From Squalus acanthias (lineage: Eukaryota), in assembly GCA_030390025.1 (NCBI GenBank), contig CM059431.1, positions 135,472,001 through 135,536,000 of the forward strand: a stretch of 64,000 bases of DNA. Reading direction: 5' to 3'. Below the pieces are notes generated by a model. It made no database searches, was not told the origin of the DNA, and saw nothing but the letters and a program-made list of their open reading frames with translations. Below, in pieces: positions 12,523 to 24,855 of this stretch; the first letter of the stretch is position 1, and each line of letters opens with the position of its first letter. Position numbers and translations under genes: made by a program.

Positions 12523-13750
12523 ATGGGTGCAGTAGTAGGCATTCCCCTTGGAATACAGCATGACTGGGAGAATGAGCAGAGGTGAAACAGAGCAGAACAA
12601 GATGCTAGAACAGGGTGGAGGTGGAGCTGAGAAGGACTCTCAGCAGGAGGCCATATCTGCCCAGGGTGTTCAGGGAGCAATTCTTCCACCTGAACCTCAG
12701 CGAGGAACAGTCTGAGATGTCTGCGCTTCACTAAGGACCGCTCACTGAAATCTGCCACCTGCTGCAAAAACAACTGCAACCTCAGAGCAGGGTGTTGACC
12801 GCATTGCCAGTGGCTCTGAAGGTGACTGTGACATTGAACTTTTAAGCATCAGGCTCGTTCCAGGCTGGCGCTGGATATATTTGCAACATCTCGCAGTTTG
12901 CCATCCACTGTTGCATAAGGGAGGTCACTGAGGCTCTGTAATCCACGAGAGCAGACTACATTTCATTCTCTCTTTCCAGAGATCAACAGGCAGACTGAGC
13001 ATGCGGTTTCGTGAGAATTGCAGGCTTCCCCATGGTGCAGGGTTCCATTGACTGCACGCATGTTGCTTTGCGGGCGCCGTAGTAAACTCTGAGATGTACC
13101 GCAACTGAAAGGGATTCCACTCCCTCAACATCCAGCTGGTGTGCTGCCATACTCAGCAAATCATGCTGGTCAATGCCCGGTATCCTGGCAGCAGTCATGA
13201 TGCCTTCATTCTGCGCAGTCCACTGTGCCATCGGCATTTGCACCACCACTACTGGGCGACAACTGACTCTGGTGCGTAACCCACACATACGTGGGCAGCA
13301 TGCTACAACAAAAGCCATGCTGCCACATAAAATGGGATAGAGCACACCATTGACACGCTGAAACTACGCTTCCACTGCCTGGACCGCTCTGGAGAGATCC
13401 TGCAGTACTCAGCAAAGCACGTGTCAAGATTCATTGTGGTCTGCTGCATGCTGCACAACCTTGCCATCATGAGGGAACAGCCTTGCCACCAGCTGTACAG
13501 TGAGCAGCAGAGGATCAGGAGGAGGAGCAGGAGGAGGAGGAGAAGGAGGAAGCGGAGGAGAAGGAGGAAGCGGAGGAGAAGGAGGAAGCGGAGGAGAAGG
13601 AGAAAGCGGAGGAGAAGGAGGAAGCGGAGGAGAAGGAAGAAGCGGAGGAGAAGGAGGAAGCGGAGGAGAAGGATGAAGGGAGGAGACAACTTATACAGAC
13701 CCTTTCTGGCCAGGCGCTCCATGAACAAATCATCCAACTGCGATACCAGT
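12523..13750 (+). pseudogene. Harbinger (HARBI1-type) DDE transposase pseudogene
   Basis: [79 protein letters not shown] and an acidic tail; multiple frameshifts. Confidence 0.9.
13537..13675 (+). repeat. 18-bp tandem repeat (GAGGAGAAGGAGGAAGCG) x about 7
   Basis: Directly visible; lies in the acidic tail of the transposase. Confidence 0.95.
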
Positions 13751-14293
13751 AAACGCAACCCCAATTCCCCATTCACCAACAATTCCACACCTTCCCTTCC
13801 CTCTGTTACTGACCATCAGAGTGTCCGCTCAGCCACAAAGCAAAAATAAAAGCCAACACAAAATAAACTTTCCAAACCAAATTTATAAATCAAACCATGC
13901 CATATTGCATACAAATGTAAATTAATCATCCTTGTGCATTCCCTTAGTGCCTGTCTTCCATGTGCCTTTGCCTGTCCTAGTGCTCTTACTCAGTGCTACC
14001 CCAATGGCTGCAGCATGGCTGGTGGAAGGCTATGGAATTTCAGTGGGGGAGACTGCAGATGGCCTTGCAGGATGACCTCGAGCAGCTATGGGCCTAGAAG
14101 GCCCGGCTTCGGGACTGTGCCACCTCAGCATAGTCGGCAGCAGTCTGGCCTGGCTGGCTGACAGCAAAGGCACTCACTCGTGGAGTGGCAGTGGTTGGAT
14201 AACGAATGCTGCCATCCTGAGAGAGGACAGCAGATTTATGCTCCACGGAGCCACTGTCACTCCCCCAGGTCGGCACCTCAGCATTACTAGTAA

Positions 14294-16752
14294 CCTCTCC
14301 CTCCATGTAAACTCCCCAACCCATATTCACGGCCATCCCCTCGACCTTGCCATCTCTCTTGGCCTCGCTACTCCCATCATGTCAATTGCAGATAAGGCCA
14401 TCTCTGACCACTTCCTCGTATCGCTCTCCACCCACATCCCCCTTCCACCCACCCCCCCTAACCCTACTTCCTTCTGTGTCCGCCCCTGGAAAAAACTCTC
14501 TCCCAACTCTCTTACAACTGCACTTATGAAATCCCAACTGTCCTGCCTCTGGCCCTCTATTCACCATGACATTTTTGCAGCTACTGATCTGCTCAACCAC
14601 ACCCTCACCACCACCTTTGATGCCCTAGTCCCTATTAAAACAATTACTCTCTCTCACCTTGGCTGCTCCCCCTGGTACGGCTCTCATCTTCGCTCCCTTG
14701 AGTCCAAGGGATGCAGACTTGAACGGATATGGTGGACAACTGGTTTAGACATTCACCGCCAGATCTGGCTGGACCACATAAAGCACTATCGGGCCCTGCT
14801 CTTGTCTGCCAAAATTGCTCAGTATTCCAGAATCATTCTGGAATGCAAAGATAAACCCTGGCTCCTATTCTCTACTGCTAACCATCTTTTCAAACCCCTC
14901 TCCCATGTCTCCTCCACCCTCACCTCCGATAACAAGTGTGAGGAGCTCATGGACTTCTTTGTCTCTAAGATTGAGACCATCCATTCAGCTGCCTCTGCCA
15001 CTTCCCTTCCTTCCCCTAGCCCACTGGGCCAAACTTCCTCTAAGATACCTCCCTGCCCTAGCCCTGAACTCACATCTTTCTCCAGTTTCTCTCTGATCTC
15101 CCCTCATGACCTCTCTGCGCTCATCTTGTCCATGAGACCCACCTCCTGCTCCCTCGACCCTATTCCCACCAAACTGTTGACCACCCAACTTCCTTTTCTG
15201 GCTCCCATGTTAGCTGATATTGTTAACGGTTTTCTCTCCTCAGGTACTGTCCCCCTCCCCTTCAAATCTGCCGTCATCACCCCTCTCCCCAAAAAAACAA
15301 ACCTTGATCCCTCCGTCCTTGCAAACTACCACTCCATCTCCAACCTCCCTTTCCTCTCCAAAGTCGTTGAACGTGTTGTCGCCTCCCAAATCAGTGCCCA
15401 TCTTTCTCGCAATTCCATGTTTGAATCCCTCCAATCCGGTTTCCGCCCTTGCCACAGTACCGAAACGGCTCTCATCAAAGTCACAAATGACATCCTTTGT
15501 GACTGTGACAAAGGTAAACTATCCCTCCTCGTCCTTCTTGACTTGTCTGCAGCCTTTGACACGGTAGACCACTCCATCCTTCTTCAACATCTCTCCACCG
15601 TCGTCCAGCTGGGTGGGACTGCACTCGCCTGGTTCCATTCTTATCTATCTAATCGTAACCAGAGAATCACCTGCAACGACTTCTCTTCCCACTCCTGCAT
15701 CGTTACCTCTGCTGTCCCCCAAGGATCTATCCTTGGCCCCCTCCTATTTCTCATCTACATGTTGCCCCTTGGTGACATCATCCAAAAACACAGCGTCAGT
15801 TTCCACATGTACGCTGACGATGCCCAGCTCTACCTCACTACCTCTTCTCTCGACCCCTCCACGGTGTCGAAATTGTCAGGCTGCTTGTCCGACATACAGT
15901 TCTGGATGAGCAAAAATGTTCTCCAATTAAATATTGGGAAAACCGAAGCCATTGTTTTCGGTCCCTGCCACAAACTCCGTGCCCTAGCCACTGACTCCAT
16001 CCCTCTCCCTAACATCTGTCTGAGGCTGAACCACACTGTTCGTAACCTTGGTGCCATATTTAACCCTGAAATGAGCTTCCGACCACATATCCGCAGCATA
16101 CCAAAGACCACCTACTTCCACCTCCATAACATCGCCCGTCTCCGCCCTTGCCTCAGCTCATCCGCTGCTGAAACCCTCATCCATGCCTTTGTTACCTCTA
16201 GACTTGACTATTCCAAAGCACTCCTGGCTGGCCTCCCACATTCCACCCTATGTAAACTTGAGGTCATCCAAAACTCGGCTGCCCGTGTCCTAACCCGCAC
16301 CAATTCCCGTTCACCCATCTCCCCTGTGCTCGCTGACCTATATTGGCTCCCGGTTAAGCAGCGCCTCGATTTCAAAATTCTCATCCTTGTTTTCAAATCC
16401 CTCCATGGCCTCGCCCCGTCCTATCTCTGTAATCTCCTTCAACCCCACAACCCCCCGAGATATCTGCACTCCTCTAATTCTGCCCTCTTGAGGATCACTG
16501 ATTATAATCACTCAACCTTTGGTGGCCGTGCCTTCTATTGCCTAGGCCCTAAGCTCTGGAATTCCCTACCTAAACCTCTCCGCCTCGCTACCTCTCTTTC
16601 CTCCTTTAAGACACTCCTTAAAACCTACCTCTTTGACCAAGCTTTTGGTCACTTGCCCTAATTTATCAAATTTTTTGTCGTAAAATACTCCTGTGCAGCG
16701 ACTTGGGACATTTTACTATGTTAAAGGCGCTATATAAATACAAGTTGTTGTT
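14294..16752 (+). mobile_element. L2-clade LINE, 5'-truncated, with uninterrupted ORF2 (EN C-terminus + RT)
   Basis: ORF to 16661: THIHGHPLDL, ISDHF, LDPIPT, QSGFRP.HSTETAL, LLDLSAAFDTVDH, PQGSILGP, YADD, SRLDY, LPVKQR.DFKIL. 3' end ggcgctatataaatacaa(GTT)n. Confidence 0.95.
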
Positions 16753-17344
16753 GTTGGAGGACAGATTGCTGGACTGCTGTGACACCCTGCAAACCGCTTT
16801 GAACATTGGTATCTGCAGCCATGATGGCAGCAGTTTGTGGTTGCATTGCAACAAGCTGAGCTTCCATGAGAGCAGACTGAGCTTCCACTGCAGCACCCAG
16901 ATGTTGAGTGGCTGTTGCATTGGCTGCGTGGAAGCTGAGACATCGGCCATCTGACGATTTCATTGTACATACCCATCAGCGTTCGTCTGTAGCCCGTCCC
17001 ATCGAAGTGCTCATTTGAGTCCTGGGCAGCAGAACTCGTGTGCGACCTCGGAGCTGGCATCTGCGCTACACTTGCCTCCTGCCCTGGCTGCAGGCCACTC
17101 ATGCCCGGTGTCTCACCACGTGTCGATTCCGCCTCTAAACTGTCAGTATCTGAGCTGGTGGCTGTGAGTGTGAAATCGAGTGATGGTGTTTCTTCTTCCT
17201 CTCTGTCTTTCTGCTCTTCCACCTCTTGCTCTTCCACTAGTGCCTGGCCAAGTTGCAGTTCTTGGGTATCTGAAAGGAGAAAGGCACAAGGGTAGGGTTG
17301 TGGTGCGGGGAGGGGGGAAAGTAAGCAGTACATGCTTACACCTT

Positions 17345-20300
17345 CTGCAGCTTATAAATCAGAAGACATTGTGGGATTGCAAGTAACATCAAGGAAAACC
17401 CAAACATGTTTTGTGAATACATAGAGAACAAGAGGATAAGTAAAGAGAGAGTAATGCCTATTAGAGACCAAAAAGGTAACCTGTGTGTGGAGGCGGAAGA
17501 CGTGGGTATGGTTCTTAATGAATAATTTATGCCTGTCTTCACAAATGAGAGGGATAATGTAGACATTGTAGTTAAGAAGCAGGAGTGTGAAACATTAGAT
17601 GAGATTAACAAAGTGAGAGAGGAAATATTAAGGGGTTTTGTATCTTTGAATGTAGATAAATCTCCAGGCCCGGATGAAATGTATCCCAGGCTGTTAAGAA
17701 CAGCAAGGGAAACATAGAAACATAGAAACATAGAAGATAGGAGCAGGAGTAGGCCATTCGGCCCCTCGAGCCTGCTCCGCCATTCAATGCGATCATGGCT
17801 GATCATCCAAATTCAGTACCCTGTCCCTGCTTTCTCCCCATATCCCTTAGTCCCTTTAGCCTTAAGAAATATATCTAACTCCTTCTTGAATATATTTAAT
17901 GAATTGACCTCAACTGCCTTCTGTGTTAGAGAATTCCATAGGTTCACCACTCTCTGGGTGAAGAAATTTCTCCTCATCTCAGTCCTAAATGGCTTACCCC
18001 TTATCCTTAGACTGTGACCTCTGGTTCTGGACTCCCCCGCCATCGGGAACATCCTTCCCGCATCTAGTCTGTCTAGTCCTGTTAGAATTTTATAAGTTTC
18101 AATGAGATACCCTCTCATTCTTCTAAGCTCGAGCGAATATAAGCCTAATCAGTCCAATCTCTCTTCATACGTCATTCCTGCCATCCCAGGTATCAGTCTG
18201 GTGAATCTTCGCTGCACTCCCTCCATGGCAAGAACATCCTTTCTCAGATAAGGTGACCAAAACTGCACACAATTCTCAAGGTGTGGTCTCACCAAGGCCC
18301 TGTACAACTGCAGCAAGACATCCTTGCTCCTGTACACGAATCCTCTCGCTATGAAGGCCAACATACCATTTGCCTTCTTAACCGCCTGCTGCACCTGCAT
18401 ACTTACCTTCAGCGACTGGTGCACAAGGACACCCAGGTCTCGTTGCACTTCCCCTTTTCCCAATCTATTGCCGTTCAGATAATAATCTGTCTTCCTGTTT
18501 TTGCCACCAAAGTGGATAACCTCACATTTATCCACATTATACTGCATCTGCCATGCATCTGCCCAATCACCCAACCTGTCCAAATCATACTGGAGTTTCT
18601 CTGCATCCTCCTCACAGCACACACACCCACCCAGCTTTGTGTCATCTGCAAACTTGGAGATATTACATCTAGTTCCCTCGTCTAGATCATTAATATATAT
18701 TGTGAATAGCTGGGGTCCTAGCACAGATCCCTGCGGTACACCACTAGTCACTGCCTGCCACTCGGAAAAAGACCCGTTTATTCCAACTCTTTGCTTCCTG
18801 TCTGCCAACCAGTTCTCTATCCAAGTCAGTACCTTACCCCCAATCCCATGTGCTTCAACTTTGCACGCCAATCTCTTCTGCGGGACCTTATCGAAAGCCT
18901 TCTGAAAGTCCAAATACACCACATGCACTGGTTCTCCCTTATCTATTCTACCAGTTACATCCTCAAAAAATTCCAGTAGATTAGTCAAGCATGATTTACC
19001 TTTTGTAAATCCATGTTGACTTTGTCCGATCCTGTCACTGTTTTCCAAGTGCTCTGCTATTACATCTTTTATAATGGACTCTAGCATTTTCCCCACTACC
19101 AATGTCAGGCTTACCGGTCTATTATTCCCCGTTTTCTCTCTACCACCTTTTTTAAATAGTGGGGTTACATTAGCTAACCTCCAATCCATGGGTACTGTTC
19201 CAGAGTCTATAGAATTTTGAAAGATGGCCAGCAATGCATCTACTATTTCTAGGGCCACTTCCTTAATTACCCTAGGATGTAGATTATCAGGCCCTGGGGA
19301 TTTATCGGCCTTCAATCCTGTCAATTTACCTAACACCATTTCCCTACAGATACTGATTTCATTCAATTCCTCCCTCTCATTAGGCCCTATGTTCCCCGAC
19401 ATCTCTGGGAGGTTATTTGTGCCCTCCTCTTTGAAGACAGAACCAAAGTATGTATTTAATTGGTCTGCCATTTCTTTGTTCCCCATTATAAATTCCCCTG
19501 ATTCTGACTGCAAGGGACCTACGCATGACTTCACCAATCTTTTTCTCTTCACATATCTATAGAAGCTTTTACAGTCAGTTTTTGTGTTCTCTGCAAGCTT
19601 ACTCTCATACTCTATTTCCCCCCTCTTAATTAATCCCTTTGTCCTCCTTTCCTGAATCCTAAACTGCTCCCAATCCTCAGGTTTGCTGCTTTTTCTGACC
19701 AATTTATATGTCCTCTCCTTGGATTTTATGCTATCCCTAATTTCCCTTGTTAGCCATGGTTGAGTCACCTTTTTTGTTTTATTTTTATGCCAAACAGGGA
19801 TGAACAAATTCTGTAGTTCATCCATGCGATCTTTAAATGTTTGCCATTGCCTATCCACCGTCAACCCTTTAAGTAATGCTCCCCAATCCATCCTAGCCAA
19901 CTCGCGCCTTATACCATCGTAATTTCCTTTATTTAAATTCAGGACTGCAGTCTCTGAGTCAACTACTTAACTCTCCATCTTAATGAAGAATTCTATCATA
20001 TTATGATAGCTCCTCCCCAAGGGGCCTCGCACAACAAGATTGCTAATTAATCCTTTCTCATTACATAATACCCAGTCTAAGATGGCCTGATCTCTAGTTG
20101 GTTCCTCGACATATTGGTTCAGGAAACCATCCCGTATACACTCTAGGAATTCCTCCTCCACAGTATTGTTACTAACTTGGTTAGCCCAATCTATATGTAG
20201 ATTGAAGTCACCCATGATGACTGCTGTGCCATTATTGCACGCGTCTCTAATTTCCCGTTTAATGCCATCCCCAACCTCAGCATTACTGTTGGGGGGTCTG

Positions 20301-21550
20301 TATACAACTCCCACTAACGTTTTCTGCCCCTTGGTATTTCTCAGCTCTACCCATACAGATTCCACATCATCAGAGCTAATATCCTTCCTTATTTTTGTGT
20401 TAATCTCCTCTTTAACCAGCAATGCTACCCCACCTCCTTTTCCTTTTTGCCTGTCCTTCCTGAATATTGAATACCCCTGGATGTTGAATTCCCAGCTTTG
20501 GTCACCCTGGAGCCATGTCTCCGTAATCCCAATTATATCATATCCATTTACATCCATTTGTACAGCTAATTCATCCACCTTATTACGAATGCTCCTCGCA
20601 TTAAGACACAAAGCCTTCAGGCTTGTTTTTTTAACACTCTTAGACCTTTTAGAATTATTATTTACTGTGGCCCTGTTTGATTTACACCCTTGATTTCTCT
20701 GCCCTCCACTTTTGTTTTTCTCCTTCCTGTCTTTTGCTTCTATCCTTGCTTCCCTTTCCTCTGTCTCCCTGCACAGATTCTCAACCCCCTGCCATTTTAG
20801 TTTAAACCCTCCCCAAGAGCACTAGCAAACACTCCCCCTAGGACATCGGTCCCGGTCCTGCCCAGGTGCAGACCGTCCAGTTTGTACTGGTCCCACCTCC
20901 CCCAGAACCGGTTCCAATGTCCCAGGAATTTGAATCCCTCCCCCTTGCACCATTCCTCTAGCCACGTATTCATCTGAAATATCCTTCTATTTCTACTCTG
21001 ACTAGCACGTGGCACTGGTAGCAATCCTGAGATTACTACCTTTGAGGTCCTATTTTTTAATTTACCTCCTAACTCCCTATATTCAGCTTTTAGGACCTCA
21101 TCCCATTTTTTACCTATATCGTTGGTGCCTATGTGCACCACGACAACTGGCTGTTCACCTTCCCCCTCCAGAATGCCCTGCAGCCGCTCCGAGACATCCT
21201 TGACCCTTGCACCAGGGAGGCAACATACCAACCTGGAGTCTCGTTTGCGGCCGCAGAAACACCTATCTATTCCCCTTACAATAGGAACCCCTATCACTAT
21301 AGCTCTCCCGCTCTTTTTCCTCCCGTCCTGTGCAGCAGAGCCACCCATGGTGCCAGGAAGTGCCAGGAAGAAATGGTGGAGGCTCTTACTATTATTTTCC
21401 AATCCTCTCTGGCTACAGGTGTGGTACTGGACTGGAGGACTGCTGATGTTGTACCGTTGTTTAAAAAGTGAAAAAGGAATAGACCGAGAATTTACAGGCC
21501 AGTCAGCCTAAGCTCGGTGGTGGGCAAGTTATTGGAAAAAATTCTGAGGG
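17345..21550 (+). mobile_element. Older CR1 ORF2 fragment (17345-17712 joined to about 21358-21550)
   Basis: DKSPGPDEMYPRLLRTARE continues after the insertion as EMVEALTIIFQSSLATG..DWRTADVVPLFKK. Confidence 0.85.
17713..21357 (-). mobile_element. Young CR1 LINE (same family as 1971-5524), 5'-truncated in ORF1
   Basis: (GTTTCTAT)n tail at 17713-17735; ORF2 pieces 19967..20611, 18149..19900 and 17813..18118 broken by point stops; ORF1 SGNH esterase part at 20797..21350. Confidence 0.95.
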
Positions 21551-21607
21551 TCACAATGAGCTGCATAACGACTTCACCACCTGCTCCAGCAACAATGTGC
21601 ATCCCGT

Positions 21608-21981
21608 TTTAAGAGGTGCAGGCTAGCTTTAAATGGTGCAGGCTGGCTTTAAGTGGTGCAGGCTAGCTTTAAGAGGTGCAGGCTGGTTTTAAGAGGTGCA
21701 GGCTAGCTTTAAATGGTGCAGGCTGGCTTTAAGTGGTGCAGGCTAGCTTTAAGAGGTGCAGACTAGCTTTAAGAGGTGCAGGCTGGCTTTAAGTGGTGCA
21801 GGCTGACTTTAAGACGTGCAGGCTGGCTTTAAGAGGTGCAGGCTGGCTTTAAGTGGTGCAGGCTCGCTTTAAGTGGTGCAGGCTGACTTTAAGAGGTGCA
21901 GGCTGGCTTTAAGTGGTGCAGGCTAGCTTTAAGTGGTGCAGGCTGGCTTTAAGTGGTGCAGGCTAGCTTTAAGTGGTGCCA
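21608..21981. repeat. 20-bp minisatellite (tttaagwggtgcaggctrgc) x about 18-19
   Basis: Head-to-tail units with no spacers. Confidence 0.97.
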
Positions 21982-22484
21982 GCCTCTCATAATGTTGGGC
22001 CCCCTGCTGAGGCGTGCAGCCACTTAACAGCATGGTTAATCGCTGGCTGGATGCTGCAATCATATAAATTAGCAGGCAGCACAAAGTTGGCGTGCAGCCT
22101 GCATCGTAAGTTAGAGGCACGGGTTAAACCCGCATCGCGATCCCCGCGCCCATTTTCGGGCCTTGTCTAATTTAGTCGCCCCCGTCTCCTAACCATAAAT
22201 CCAGCAGATCTTCATCTATCCTTCATATCTTCACTATGCAACCTTAGCCGGCTGTTCCCCAGACAATATTAACCTCCTTTTACACACAGGAACCATTGTG
22301 TCCTGTGGTGTATTTGATAAGCTTAGTCTATTATTTTTGTAACCATTAATTCTAACCAGATATTTTTTCAGTTTCTTTTTCAAGGAGTTACTCATCTCAG
22401 CTTTTGTTGTGTCCATTTCACATATACATTACTCTGCAGGGAGAATTTTTTCTAACCTCTGGTGCCACATCAGACTAGTAATTT

Positions 22485-22667
22485 AAACAAAAGCAAAATA
22501 CTGCAGATGCTGGAAATCTGAAATAAAAACAGAAAATGCAGGAAATACTCAGCAGGTCAGGCAGCATCTGTGGAGAGAGAAACAGAGTTAACGTTTCAGG
22601 TCAATGACCCTTCATCAGAACTGAAACATTGCCTGCTGAGTATTTCCAGCATTTTCTGTTTTTCGTT
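22485..22667 (-). mobile_element. Penelope-like pLTR fragment (family B) with inverted tail
   Basis: TSD tagtaattt (22476-22484 and 22668-22676). cctgctgagtatttccagcattttctgttttt is an inverted copy of the left part. Confidence 0.8.
22586..22622 (-). ncRNA. Minimal type I hammerhead ribozyme motif (family B)
   Basis: AGUU-CUGAUGA-AGGGUC.AUU.GACCU-GAAACGUU-AACU: both catalytic boxes, stem I, stem II and palindromic AACGUU in place of stem III. Confidence 0.75.
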
Positions 22668-23284
22668 TAGTAATTTTTAAACTTCTCCTTTAGTTCTGTA
22701 TTCACAATCCAAGTCAAATACCCTGCTTACATCTACAACAATAATTTACATTTATTTACATTTCTTATGTTAAACAAAAATCTCAGAGCCTTTTACAAAA
22801 TGGCGAGGTGGAAACAGAGCAGAAAATGATTGAAGTTTGGAGAGGTTCCGTGGATTTCCATGCTGTTTTCAAGGCATTGCCTTTTGTTTAACCAACAAAA
22901 TGGGGCAGAAGCCATTTCCATTCGTTTTCCAGTTGAAATCAATCCCCAAAGTCAATAATCCTGAGTGAGCTCATTTAATAAATTTAAATGAAGGCTGCTG
23001 GTGGTGTATGCTGAGATTTCCTGGTTTTATGCTCACAATGCATTAGAGTAAGTTAGAATGAGTGATATAGATGCAGCTGTTGCCTTGATCAGTTGTGACA
23101 GGTGAAAATGAGGGTTTTTGAGCCTGAAGAATGTCGAGAGTTTGAACAGCCCTGTATTTTTGGAGCTTTTTTTTTTACATTCTTCCTACACAGCCTTGGA
23201 CTTGTTCCTCACTGCTTCTGGGAGTCTGAGACCACCAAGACATTTATGACCCACCCACAATGAGACTTTCTCAGGGGCAGGCAT

Positions 23285-23535
23285 GGCGACATGAGGAAAA
23301 ACTTTTTTACGCAGCGAGTGGTTATGATCTGGAATGCACTGCCTGAAAGGGTGGTGGAGGCAGACTCAATTCTGGCTTTCAAAAGGGAATTGGATAAGTA
23401 CCTGAAGGAAAAAAAAAGTTTCAGGACTACAGGGAAAGGTTGGGGGAGTGGGACTAGCTGAAGTGCTCTTGCAGAGAGCTGGCATGGGCTCGACAGGCCG
23501 AATGGCCTCCTTCGGTGCTGTAACCATTCTCTGAT
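23285..23535 (+). mobile_element. CR1 3' end fragment
   Basis: Closely similar to 8093-8334. Confidence 0.85.
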
Positions 23536-24855
23536 TCATATGGACATACCATTGCATTCCAATATAAATGGAGGAGGAGCAGCAGCAGCAGGTATTGTAG
23601 GAATTAAGCATGAGGGAGCACTTAAGGAGGATTGTTTTGAATACACCTCTGCAAAGCACCTTGGCTGTTTTCTATTTTAAAGGTGTTATATAAATGTCAC
23701 TTTGTTGATATTGGTGTAGTAGTAGTAGTAGTATGCATCCCACCAGATTTACCCCGCCTCCCCTAAAGCATATACACTCAACACAGGTCCTATACAGGAC
23801 CTTACTGAGGAGATAAGCATTATGAGTGTGTTTCACCAAAGAAACAATAGGGGTGCTCTTCTCACCTACTGCAGGAGGACCTGCAGCCACGATTAATTGC
23901 CTGCACTGCTCCATCTGTGGTAATGAAGGCTATGACTGCACTCAACTTTTTATGGTGCAATACAGATATGCATTCATCAGGTGACTGATACATTTTACAG
24001 GAGAGCTGGGAAATTCATCATCTTTGCCATCACAGCAAGGCAGCAGTGAATTACGGCTATCCAGTTTTACGGGGTTGCTGGCTTTCTCAAGGTTCATGAC
24101 ACCAATGATCTGCAACTCCCACGCAGCCAGCTCACCGGCTTTTAAATAGGAAAAACCGCACCTGCGCGGTATTCTGAAGGAGCTGCGCGGCCGCTTAAAG
24201 GGGCTGCGCACCCAAAAAAAATTAAAGGCAATATTGGATGGCACCCATGTCATTTTGTGAGTTCTGACAGAAAACCCCTCACCTTCCATAACAAGAAGGG
24301 CTTCCACTACCTCAATGTACAGATTGTATTTGACAACATGCAAAGGGTCCTAAACGTGAACGCATGAAATGCTGCAAGTTGTTACAATACATTCATCCTT
24401 TGAAATTTGGCCCTCACTGACCTCTTCAAGGAAGAAAATCATGTCAACTAATGTCTTGAAGGTGACGAGGCCTAAGCGCTGCTCCCATGGATAATGGCCC
24501 ACTCTGCAGCAGAGGAGCACATCACAAAATTGGTCAAAGAAATGTCTATCAGGGTCTTAAAGCAATACTTTTGCTGCCTAGACAGGTCAGGAAGGGCTCT
24601 GCAGTGTGTTATGTATAGTTGTAGCCTACTATGCCCTGCACAACTTCACCATATTATAAGGCCAGGACTTGGACATTCCTGGGGAGGTGGCCGTAGCAAA
24701 TTTGAATCACAATGACCATTACTTCGAGGATTCCTCAGTGACTTCTACAAGGGGTATCAGCGCAGAACTGATCACTGAAGTCTTTCTTCAGTTTAACACA
24801 ATTACCTTAGTCACCTCTGCCTTAACTCCTTCTCCCCCACCTTCAAATAAAGGAC

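Larger units (their letters stand above)
12182..22182. mobile_element. Decayed autonomous-type Harbinger split by L2 and CR1 insertions
   Basis: Transposase on + (12523-13750); Myb-gene exon 3 on - (13950-14293 and 16753-17270); Myb upstream region with minisatellite (21555-21990). Ends are G/C-rich with gcgcccatttt motifs. The terminal TIR match is weak. Confidence 0.6.

Noticed and set aside
13303..13849. Protamine-like Arg/Lys-rich ORF (13421..13849) and Leu-rich antisense ORF
   Set aside because: These are alternative-frame readings of the 18-bp repeat in a dead transposase tail.
14088..14293. Novel N-terminal domain on the 857-aa RT ORF
   Set aside because: Chance in-frame read-through from antisense Harbinger Myb sequence upstream of a 5'-truncated L2.
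21608..21981. CRISPR-like array
   Set aside because: Units are contiguous with no unique spacers, there are no cas genes, and the context is eukaryotic. It is a minisatellite.
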